DNA of 64,000 nt from assembly GCA_020847715.1 (NCBI GenBank), contig JADLBM010000007.1:8624-72623 (forward strand), read 5' to 3'. Source of the stretch: Candidatus Yanofskybacteria bacterium. GTDB lineage: Bacteria > Patescibacteriota > Minisyncoccia > 2-02-FULL-40-12 > GWA2-44-9. A program made the translations under genes and the position numbers. Shown here one piece after another: positions 18,701-25,871 of the stretch. The notes under the pieces were generated by a model. That model was not told the origin of the DNA, did not search any database, and saw nothing but the letters and a program-made list of their open reading frames with translations. Position 1 is the first letter of the stretch; each line of letters begins with the position of its first letter.

Positions 18701-20631
18701 ACATGAACTGCACCATCGGCAGGCACGGTCACCGAGCCAACATGATTCCCCAACAGCATCACCTGCCAACCGGACTGCGGCTGCTGATGTTCGTTCAACT
18801 TACACACACTCACCGTCGAAGGCGGCGTCGGCTCGAAGTCGAACGTCGTGGTGTGCGTATTCAAGCCCGTCTTAATACCGACGACTACCTTGTCGAGGTT
18901 CTCAGTGTATCCGTCCGGATACGGCTCACCAACACGAATGCCAAGAAATGCTCCGGTCCCAAGAGTACGCACTGAGGGATAATCAGAGAGAATCTGACTC
19001 CACGTCTTTGGCGTTGAACCCGGCTGACCGGTTACTGGCCACGTCGGACCGGAATACCGCCAGAGAGCAGTTCCACCGTTGATGGCATCCCACTCCTGCC
19101 AGGTGTCTTGGGCGATAGCGCCATTGTCCGCAGGGAGGAATGTGAGGCGCCGCTGCCATGTATTCGCTCCCGTGAAATCTACATTGAATTGCAGGTAGCC
19201 GGAGCGGTTCGCGCTGCCGCCGTTGCCCGCGGAGGGGTTGTAGGTGCTGTATTTCAGCGACGTGATATCCGCGAGCATAACTCCGCCATACCTCGAAGTC
19301 GCCAGATTGCGGCGCTGCGAACTCGACACGCTGATTTGCACGCTCCCGTCGCCCAGCGGCGCGGTAGCGGGGCCGCTCACGAACGAACCCAGCGTATTGT
19401 CGGTAACATCGGTCTCATCGTTGTAGAGATACCACTTCCCTGAGTCCGTATAGGCGGCCCCCAAGTCTTCGGCACGCACCACGATAGTTTCGGAAGACTG
19501 GGTCGGCTGCGCGCTATACGTGTTCGTGATGATGCAGGTCTTATTATCGCCGACCGCCAACACGACATTCCCATTCTCATCACAGTCATTGGAGAATGTC
19601 GGCGTAAAACCGGCTACCGCATCCTCGCCCACCGTGTACGTTCCCGCGGACAACACAATCGGCGAGTTCTGTGGCACCGGAGATGCTGATGGCGATGCCA
19701 CCGAAGCGAGTGTCAGCTGGAAGTCCGCTGGAACAGCATTAGTTTCTCCCTCAACATGCTTAATAAGTGTGAGCGACGGCGCAAGGTCGTCGTTCGTGAT
19801 GGTGCACTCGTACACCTGGCCGTATTCCGCATCCGTGTTCAGCGAGCATCCCTGGTATTCAGCCCGATAGCCAGGCGTCTCGTCTTCAACGACTGCAAAA
19901 GTCGCAGTGCCGATAGTAAACTCTTGGAACTCTGCGGAGGTCGTCGCATGCACATCGGCCATATCCGGCTGGGAGATGGTAAACCCGAAGTCATCAGCCC
20001 CCTTCGTGCCGCCATTGTCGTTGATAACAACCTTTCGGACCTTCAGCTTCGGACTCGGGCAGTCCTTGTGAAGATCAACTTGCGCAGCATGGATCGTGGT
20101 CCCAGGATTCGGGTCAAAATTACTCAGCGGTCCTGAGCTGTACAGCCAAAAACCCGCGTGATCATCATTCGAGACATCGAGGCGAACTGCAGTAACCGTC
20201 CACCCATTACTTCCGCTCACATCAATCTTCTTGTCATCACTCTTGAAGTTGATGTCCACGATCGCATCAGAAAAATCGGACGCCTTCTCATAGGTCGCAT
20301 CTCCGCATGTCGGTAGCGGAGGAACAACGCAGCCATTGTTGTAGATTCCCTGGCCCTCAGCATCCCAATTACGCCCATTCTGGTCCCATGACCCAGGCGG
20401 AATAATGTCCTTACCACTCGCGTGGTTGTTATTATTGTGTCCTGAGCCAGACTCGACCGAACTCTCACTGACCGTCTGCTGTTGATATGAACCCCCGCCA
20501 GTATAGTGGCAGATCGTCACGGTGCCCACCGTAGTCGCCAACGCCGGCAACGGGACAAATGATGTCGCCACCATCGCGAAGATGGAGAGCGAGGCGACGA
20601 AACGGTTGATACGATGTGCGGTGCTTTTCAT
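15763..20631 (-). CDS. 1622-aa surface protein with signal peptide, prealbumin/SdrD-B-like Ig repeats, PTSG-rich stalk and C-terminal TM anchor
   Basis: KVRKVVINDNGG/CTITND, VSGQKFSDHNGDG repeats; WWILLLILLAILIWWWFFRR C-terminus. Confidence 0.85.
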   Translation of the reverse strand: MKSTAHRINRFVASLSIFAMVATSFVPLPALATTVGTVTICHYTGGGSYQQQTVSESSVESGSGHNNNNHASGKDIIPPGSWDQNGRNWDAEGQGIYNNGCVVPPLPTCGDATYEKASDFSDAIVDINFKSDDKKIDVSGSNGWTVTAVRLDVSNDDHAGFWLYSSGPLSNFDPNPGTTIHAAQVDLHKDCPSPKLKVRKVVINDNGGTKGADDFGFTISQPDMADVHATTSAEFQEFTIGTATFAVVEDETPGYRAEYQGCSLNTDAEYGQVYECTITNDDLAPSLTLIKHVEGETNAVPADFQLTLASVASPSASPVPQNSPIVLSAGTYTVGEDAVAGFTPTFSNDCDENGNVVLAVGDNKTCIITNTYSAQPTQSSETIVVRAEDLGAAYTDSGKWYLYNDETDVTDNTLGSFVSGPATAPLGDGSVQISVSSSQRRNLATSRYGGVMLADITSLKYSTYNPSAGNGGSANRSGYLQFNVDFTGANTWQRRLTFLPADNGAIAQDTWQEWDAINGGTALWRYSGPTWPVTGQPGSTPKTWSQILSDYPSVRTLGTGAFLGIRVGEPYPDGYTENLDKVVVGIKTGLNTHTTTFDFEPTPPSTVSVCKLNEHQQPQSGWQVMLLGNHVGSVTVPADGAVHVSDSLASGSYVFIANGTYSYRPSDPNATDADAAFSKRQAGETGYYTGNTLGAYAPWANGNTFAAPWTGYLSLLVGGQTVHNWGDIFNTNHRYAQAYTTAGGPVDFRILDSAYGDNSGMLTVDIYEGHLGTTGGENGCAVFNNVPRGGYTVDEIQQDGWVNVSGLGEATVDDAQETFTIVNDGPDPIAATVNVCKLDEDEVPQAGWRVMLLGKKLETVTVPAYSGSGTPIAVSSSTALTSGESYVLVAHGTYWANDGITADAKYSVRAPNTTWTDLVQNYESYGAELLDLQVNGASPDWGSYFSGHTYAIPFTGTGSAVAFTLNDVYPQNNEGSLTVDIYPGYLGTTGGENGCATFEGVPLGNYTVDEVQQDGWTNMSGLTSVAVESSQETFTIVNDGPDPVPTPSPTVSGQKFSDHNGDGQKGEEDAGLADWTINAYEYVETLTVPSSDPAGINSSELPAGEYLAVATGTWENRRSPLNLVDTEYSTEDTWASHMDGFTGYGDGILELQIAQQFGDWGAYTDSHAYARTFTSSGGTVNFRIFDGDAASNTVNPSWYGDNYGSLTVKLYRFIGTDTTDGYGNYSIDISSATQEVLVCEAQQEGWVQTYPAAPGCHSVVPEGQPVSGLDFGNHSTEVIPTQYLEVSSVCSNDVEGTWRWRIYNPNDFPLAFDWTISSGPGESGYGIVPAGESVYIETGEHPGEQLMVQATVPSGDEYGSTIPFQTSASHDESAGWCDGEGEVSPLLRVRKVVVNGAFGELASSDFSLYVDSMLVTHNQWYTIAAGDHDITESPNLASYVASYDEACWQGGVSLSSGDEATCTITNTYHSDDGDIEGSPSPSPTPTNTSLGSDNGGGGGGGGIIYSPTPTPTTTPPPSGGQSGSTGGGSTPTPVPPTGGGRGGQGGGVNDATLGGLAGDELGGTSSASATPTPSAVDDGSGNNQVAAIGQLFGVSFPWWILLLILLAILIWWWFFRRSQDER

Positions 20632-20800
20632 GAAATGAAAAAGTTAATACAAAAAAGCCGTTGACTGTTTTTCCGCTCGCGCCGAGAGCGCAGGAAAACA
20701 GGCAACGACTTTCTTGGTTAGTACGAGACTACCAGTGAACACGGAAAACACGTCAGCGCGATTAGCTGACCCATGCTAGCACCACACGGGTGCGCGTCAA
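20632..20800 (-). promoter_or_regulatory. Promoter and structured 5' leader with terminator/antiterminator before the surface-protein gene
   Basis: TTGACG-16-TAGCAT; long hairpin ~20655-20712 followed by a U-tract ~20 nt before the ATG. Confidence 0.6.
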
Positions 20801-20807
20801 GTTTTCG

Positions 20808-21185
20808 CTATCCGAGGAGCAGTGCAACGAGCCCGCCGAAGATGACCGCGTCGAACTCCCACCCCATCTTCCCTCCATTGGAAAACCCAATCTTCCACTT
20901 CACTGCCTTGAAATACATCGCGCCGAGCATGATGACCGCAAGAAGGATGGCCGCCCAGTCGAAAAGCTGTCCGAGATAGACAAACGGACTCAGAATGAGC
21001 ACGAGACCACCGACAGTCTCGACGAATCCGTGTAGGAATCCGGCAAACTTGGGCCATCCGAGTGCGCCGGCGATACCTGAGGGATTCCGAAACTTCGGCC
21101 ACCCATGGACAACAAACACCACACCGAGCACGACACTGAGAATAACAGAGCCCCATCCGTTGTACGCCGAAAGAAAGTCGAACAT
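20808..21185 (-). CDS. DoxX family membrane protein
   Basis: LGVVFVVHGWPKF, ETVGG, GWEFD. Confidence 0.85.
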   Translation of the reverse strand: MFDFLSAYNGWGSVILSVVLGVVFVVHGWPKFRNPSGIAGALGWPKFAGFLHGFVETVGGLVLILSPFVYLGQLFDWAAILLAVIMLGAMYFKAVKWKIGFSNGGKMGWEFDAVIFGGLVALLLG

Positions 21186-21194
21186 AGCGATTGG

Positions 21195-22061
21195 TTATGG
21201 ATGAATACGGTCCGCCATGAAGAGGCGGCATTTTGCCTCGACCACATCCCGCACGGCGTCGGCCGCCGGCCCAAGGTATTGATACGGGGTCGTCTGGTCG
21301 GGATGCTCGACCAGCTCCTTTTTGAGCTCGCGCTGGTATGCAACGCGAAGCTCGGTGTTGAAGTGCACATTCGTGATACCCGCACGGATAGCGTCAGCAA
21401 TAGGCGCGTCCGGAAGACCTGATGCACCGTGCAAGACGAGATAGGTATCGGGAACGGCCGCGGCGATAGCGGCGAGATGGTCGATATCGAGCTCTTCCTT
21501 TTGCTCGGTCACAATGCCGTGAATGTTCCCGAATACCGGTGCAAGCCGCTCAACACCGGTGCGGCGTACGAAATCGGCCGCCTGTTCCGGCTTTGTGTAG
21601 TCCTCGCGGCTCACCGCTACGCGCGTCTGGACTTCCGAACTCCCACGAAGATGCCCTAGCTCCGCCTCTATCATGTAGGAGCCGCGTTTCGTCTGGGCGT
21701 ACTGCCACACACGCTGAGTCTCGATGACATTCACCTCATAGGCAAGTCGCGAGCCATCGAACAGCACGGAATCGTATCCGGCGTCGATAGCCTCTTTGCA
21801 TGCCACGAAGGATTTGAAGTGGTCGGCGTTCAGGAACACGGGAAATCCGGAAGCTGCCCGTACCGCATGCACGAGCGCCACCGCCTCTCGCATACCCAGA
21901 AACCCCGCCTCCCCTTCGCTTGTGCCGACAATGACGCACGGAGCACCGGCATGCGTCGCGCCCTCAACAATGGCGCGGAGAACATCGGGCGTGGCGAAAT
22001 TGAAATGGCCAATGGCCCATCGCTCCGCCTTCGCCTGTGCGAAATAGTCTCGCAACATCAT
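21195..22061 (-). CDS. fba: Class II fructose-bisphosphate aldolase
   Basis: FLNADH, SVLFDGS, EAELG, GNIHG, LVLHGASG, NTELR. Confidence 0.95.
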   Translation of the reverse strand: MMLRDYFAQAKAERWAIGHFNFATPDVLRAIVEGATHAGAPCVIVGTSEGEAGFLGMREAVALVHAVRAASGFPVFLNADHFKSFVACKEAIDAGYDSVLFDGSRLAYEVNVIETQRVWQYAQTKRGSYMIEAELGHLRGSSEVQTRVAVSREDYTKPEQAADFVRRTGVERLAPVFGNIHGIVTEQKEELDIDHLAAIAAAVPDTYLVLHGASGLPDAPIADAIRAGITNVHFNTELRVAYQRELKKELVEHPDQTTPYQYLGPAADAVRDVVEAKCRLFMADRIHP

Positions 22062-23350
22062 GACGTGTGGTTGTACCCGTTTCCCAAGATGATAAAGCCG
22101 TCCACGATGTGCTCATCGATGAGCTCCTGCATACGCTCCCGTCCCATGTATTCCACGAAAATCTTGTTCCAGAGCGCCTCCTGCTGGTGGTAGAGGTACT
22201 GCGAACGAGCCCCCTCACCGTGCACCAGTGACATCAGGAGGTCGATGAGGTCGAAGCTCACCAATTCCTTCTTGCCGCTGGCCGGATCAACAAACTCCTC
22301 GCCGATGAAATCAAGACCGGTCCACCACCCAAGGTCCAGCCCGCCGTGGTCGCGGCCGAGAATGCGTGACAGGCGACTCAAGTCGTCCTCCGCCCGCCAC
22401 CAGTGGTCGGCCTCGGGATTCACGTGAGGCTCGCTCAGTCGAGCATCTGTCGGGTCCTTCTTTGCCAGATACTGCTGAACGATGCGCCATGTCATCCGGC
22501 CATGGTTCGGCATCGGAGCGCTCGAAACATCTCCACGCAGAAGACTCTTGAAGATGGTCCCGAAGTCAGGATGGCCCATGTGCCGCCGGAACAAACTTGA
22601 GTAGAACGGCACCTCATGCAGGTAGTGCAGCATGAGCGTGAAGAGACGGAGCGTCGCACCCTTCCCTTCGATATCCGCCGGAATAACGAAGATGATGCCG
22701 AGCTCCTTGAGGTGCGAGACATTGTGGTACTTCTTTCGGAGAAACTTCTCGGCGACCTTCAGCCATTTCGTATCGAGCACTAAGTGATCCACTTCGCGCT
22801 CTTCGAAATCGTCCGGCGTCAGGTTACTGTATGCCTCCTCGAAGAACCGATGCATCCACTCGTCGGTCTGGGTGAATCGAAGTGACACCATTACCGACGC
22901 GAACCCTTCTCGGTCGATGAGGTCTTTTACGGTGGCGTAGCCGAAGTGCTCGAGGAGGTTTGTCGGCGGATGTTTCTCGAGGAGCGCGGCCATACGGTCC
23001 CGCTTTAGGAAGAGCCCCGGAGGCGGGACGAACACCTTTGCCACCGTGGCGCACAGCTTCGCGCACGCTTCTTCCGGCTTGGTAAGATCGGGACGGTCCA
23101 GCAACTCATAGAGGTGGCCGTCCAGATGCCCCAATCGCTCGATGAGTGCCGCACGAACCGCCTCGGCGCCATCTCGCCGCGTAACGCCAAGCCCTGCAAG
23201 CGTACGGTCGACGGTTACATCGATTTGCCGCGCGATGTCCTCAAAGACGCCTTCTTGCCCGGTAATCGCGTTCATCTTCTGCTCCACTGCGAGGAGCGTC
23301 TCCGGAGCGGCGCGCATCAATCGCGCAAGCTTATTGAAAGGGTCGCGCAT
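22058..23350 (-). CDS. Hypothetical 430-aa protein coupled to fba
   Basis: Good coding ORF; stop overlaps the fba start; HYLHE and HVNPE motifs. Confidence 0.75.
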   Translation of the reverse strand: MRDPFNKLARLMRAAPETLLAVEQKMNAITGQEGVFEDIARQIDVTVDRTLAGLGVTRRDGAEAVRAALIERLGHLDGHLYELLDRPDLTKPEEACAKLCATVAKVFVPPPGLFLKRDRMAALLEKHPPTNLLEHFGYATVKDLIDREGFASVMVSLRFTQTDEWMHRFFEEAYSNLTPDDFEEREVDHLVLDTKWLKVAEKFLRKKYHNVSHLKELGIIFVIPADIEGKGATLRLFTLMLHYLHEVPFYSSLFRRHMGHPDFGTIFKSLLRGDVSSAPMPNHGRMTWRIVQQYLAKKDPTDARLSEPHVNPEADHWWRAEDDLSRLSRILGRDHGGLDLGWWTGLDFIGEEFVDPASGKKELVSFDLIDLLMSLVHGEGARSQYLYHQQEALWNKIFVEYMGRERMQELIDEHIVDGFIILGNGYNHTS

Positions 23351-23415
23351 AGTCCCCTCTAGTATACCGCTTCTGCGGTTGGGCGGTGTGCACAAAAGGC
23401 CGATTTTCGGGGGAC

Positions 23416-23444
23416 TTGACAATATTATCACAAAATGCTATCCT
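23416..23444 (+). promoter_or_regulatory. sigma70 promoter PA
   Basis: TTGACA-17 bp-(TGC)TATCCT. Confidence 0.75.
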
Positions 23445-23450
23445 ACTCTT

Positions 23451-23855
23451 ACCACGTTCGGGCCAGACTCTCTGCAAGTCCGTTGGCTAGAAGGCGTGGC
23501 TAAAAGTGTCTCCGCTAAGCAAGCGAGGCCGCAGTGCCTCACAGGAAGCATCTCGTACGAACGCGCGGTGCATTTCGTTAGCACGTGCGCTCGGATTCCC
23601 GAAAAGGGAACCACGCCCGCCATCGATCGTCAGCTGGAGGCCGCCCACAAAGCATTAAGCCCTCCTCGCTGAAACGGAGATGGAGCAACGGGCAAACCCA
23701 TGACTCCTTTCTCAAGGAGTCCGAAAGGGACGAAGACGTCATGCCGGTTCAACCGCAGACGCGTAAGCGGCACCGGAGAACAGCGATCCCGAGTAGATGA
23801 CGCCACAAACGAGGCGGGAATACTATTCCCAAATCATGTGGCGTCTTTCATTTTT
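23451..23855 (+). ncRNA. Putative large structured ncRNA A (family unknown)
   Basis: Own promoter; closing stem TTCGGG/CCCGAG; many hairpins; terminal GACGCCACA/TGTGGCGTC stem with U-tract; no credible ORF. Confidence 0.6.
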
Positions 23856-23871
23856 GGGCATACCCTGGTAC

Positions 23872-23900
23872 TTGACTTAAAATAGGCATCATGGTATGAT
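23872..23900 (+). promoter_or_regulatory. sigma70 promoter PB
   Basis: TTGACT-17 bp-(TGG)TATGAT. Confidence 0.8.
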
Positions 23901-23906
23901 GCTCTC

Positions 23907-24040
23907 GTGGAGGTTCGGACTGGCTGGCGCCAGACCTGGCCCGTCCTGTCGAGGGATGTCTTAGCCCATCCTACCGACCAAAGGACTGCGTTCTGCGGGT
24001 CGGCAGCCCCAGGCCCGGACCTCCACACCCGCTCTTTTTT
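23907..24040 (+). ncRNA. Putative ~120-nt rod-shaped ncRNA B (6S-like architecture)
   Basis: Starts 7 nt after the -10; GTGGAGGT/ACCTCCAC closes an irregular rod with a central bubble; T-tract follows. Confidence 0.6.
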
Positions 24041-24232
24041 CATCATCTTCCCATCGTCCCCGGAGAGCGCCTCCGCGGACCCCCCGGCGTAGAGGAGTAC
24101 AACACCTCTACACTCCTCTGAGGACTGGAGCCGCGGCTGCCGACCGCGATTACGGAAGCGTTCCTCAGAGGACCTGTCCACACGGAGACCCGCGTGGAGC
24201 ATGTTCACCTCCTTCTACGGACGGTGCAGTAC

Positions 24233-24274
24233 GGACTGTTGCGAAAAGCCAGGATATCGCAACAGTCCTTTTTT
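24233..24274 (+). terminator. Intrinsic terminator oriented for a + strand transcript
   Basis: GGACTGTTGCGA/TCGCAACAGTCC followed by TTTTTT on + only. Confidence 0.8.
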
Positions 24275-24278
24275 ATAT

Positions 24279-25262
24279 TCAGAGTTGCGTACGCGTGACG
24301 GTGACCGGCGGCCACGGACCAATATCCCCCGCTTTCAGGATACCCGCCTTCGCGCCGTACTGCATGACAACCGCAGTCGCGTTCGCTGTACCGAACTGAA
24401 TTGCTTTTTCGATAGCACCGGAACGGATGAACTCCGCCAGAAATCCCGCATGGAAAGCGTCCCCCGCCCCTGTGCGCTCAACAACGGCACCCTCGGGGGT
24501 GCTTGCGGTATACCGAGCCGCTCCATCGGACACGGCGACCCCCTGTGCGCCTCGCGTCATGACGCAGATACCTCCGATGGTTGCGTCCAGCTTTGCGAAC
24601 AGATCGTCGGGCTTTTCATAGCTAATACCCGTGAGCTGGGCGGCCTCCTCCTGATTCATGCCGACAATATCAAACGACTTCCAAAGCGGCGCAAGCTTCT
24701 CGAGTCCCAGCGCAAGCTCCCCCGGCCCCGGATTGGTAGCGAGGTGGGCACCCGTGCGCTGGGCGAATGCAACGATACGCTCAAGCATATCAATGCTCCC
24801 CCCGAGAGAGTTCACATACAGCCATTTCGCAGAAAAACCATTCCACGGGATGCGGTCGGCATCCCAGTGCGCGCCTTCGCCGGTGTAGGAGAGGATGGTG
24901 CGCTCCCCACCATCTCCAACGAGAATGGCGGAGTAGGCGGTGATGTCATCGTTCCGAACCTGCATGTACTTCCCGTCCACGCCCTCGCGACGGAGCTCGT
25001 CGAGAATAGCGGAACCGTTCGCATCGCTCCCGATAACACCGATGCAGGCGGTGCGATACCCTTGCCGTGCAAACGTGACGGCCGCATTTGTGCCGCCGCC
25101 TCCCGATGCGAACACGATCTTCCGCACTTTCACTTTAGAACCGAAGGGAAGGCAGATGCCCTTCCCCGTCGGGAACTGCTCACCCCCAACAACGCGGAAC
25201 GCATCCGCGCTGAAGAGTACATCTTGGGTCGCCGACCCGATTGCAACGATATCGTAGTTCAT
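24279..25262 (-). CDS. PfkB-family carbohydrate kinase
   Basis: GGGGTNAA, GERTIL, MNQEEA, ERTGAGDAF. Confidence 0.95.
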   Translation of the reverse strand: MNYDIVAIGSATQDVLFSADAFRVVGGEQFPTGKGICLPFGSKVKVRKIVFASGGGGTNAAVTFARQGYRTACIGVIGSDANGSAILDELRREGVDGKYMQVRNDDITAYSAILVGDGGERTILSYTGEGAHWDADRIPWNGFSAKWLYVNSLGGSIDMLERIVAFAQRTGAHLATNPGPGELALGLEKLAPLWKSFDIVGMNQEEAAQLTGISYEKPDDLFAKLDATIGGICVMTRGAQGVAVSDGAARYTASTPEGAVVERTGAGDAFHAGFLAEFIRSGAIEKAIQFGTANATAVVMQYGAKAGILKAGDIGPWPPVTVTRTQL

Positions 25263-25325
25263 TCCCTCCGCGTGTACCCGCAGTATACCACGACTCCCCT
25301 CCTCCGGAGACCTCCCCGAGGGCTA

Positions 25326-25354
25326 TTGACAGTATATTATTGGTATGCTATGAT
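25326..25354 (+). promoter_or_regulatory. sigma70 promoter PC
   Basis: TTGACA-17 bp-(TGC)TATGAT. Confidence 0.82.
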
Positions 25355-25359
25355 GTCTG

Positions 25360-25830
25360 TGCGTCGCTGGAGCTGAGTCTCCCGTCACGCGCGGCTCTTC
25401 GGGGCCACACAGGAAACGACCAGTGTTCGACCGGCAGTAGAAGCGCGCTAAGGAGGCGCAACGCCCTTGCACGAAACGAGGGACCCGGCGACCTGTCCGG
25501 TGTGCCACAGGGAACCCACGGTATCCTAGCAAAGTCGGCGATGACCCCACGCGTCGGCGTCGGGCGAGCCACTCGAAGGATGAAACGTGGAGGGTGGGAC
25601 CTTGAAAACCCAACGAATCATGTCACCACTCCTGTGGTGACGAGTTGCCTAACGGTAAGCTAGTAGGAGCCTCACTCCCAATGGAGTGTATTAAGATAAG
25701 GCTTGCGAACGCGCGTACCCAGAGGCAACCACGCCCCTCGAGCCCAACATCGACCGAAGGCTAGCGAGCTCCTTGAGAGCTGCGCCGCCGAACCGGAATC
25801 CCTTGGCCCACTCGAGGGGCCTTTTATTTT
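25360..25830 (+). ncRNA. Putative large structured ncRNA C (~470 nt, family unknown)
   Basis: Long-range ACGCGCG/CGCGCGT pairing, UUCG hairpin, many stems; GCCCCTCGAG/CTCGAGGGGC with U-tract. Confidence 0.62.
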
Positions 25831-25871
25831 CGGTATCCGTCCGAAAATATCCTGAGCCAGTAGGCGAAGGA

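Noticed and set aside
23700-23745. Hammerhead ribozyme at GAGTCC-GAAA-GGGAC-GAAG
   Set aside because: The CUGANGA core and the GAAA after stem II are not intact.
23834-24208. 122-124-aa minus-strand ORF with a perfect SD
   Set aside because: Composition is not protein-like, SD spacing is too short, and the ORF runs through a promoter and RNA stems. Kept only as an alternative hypothesis.
23451-25830. tmRNA, RNase P or SRP identity for the ncRNAs
   Set aside because: No tRNA-Ala-like ends or T-loop/CCA, no GAGGAAAGUCC P4 strand and no SRP GGAA-loop motif found by eye. A very divergent version cannot be excluded without cmscan.
25359-25830. Group II intron (starts GTGCG)
   Set aside because: No domain V, no RT ORF and no interrupted gene; the region has its own promoter and terminator.
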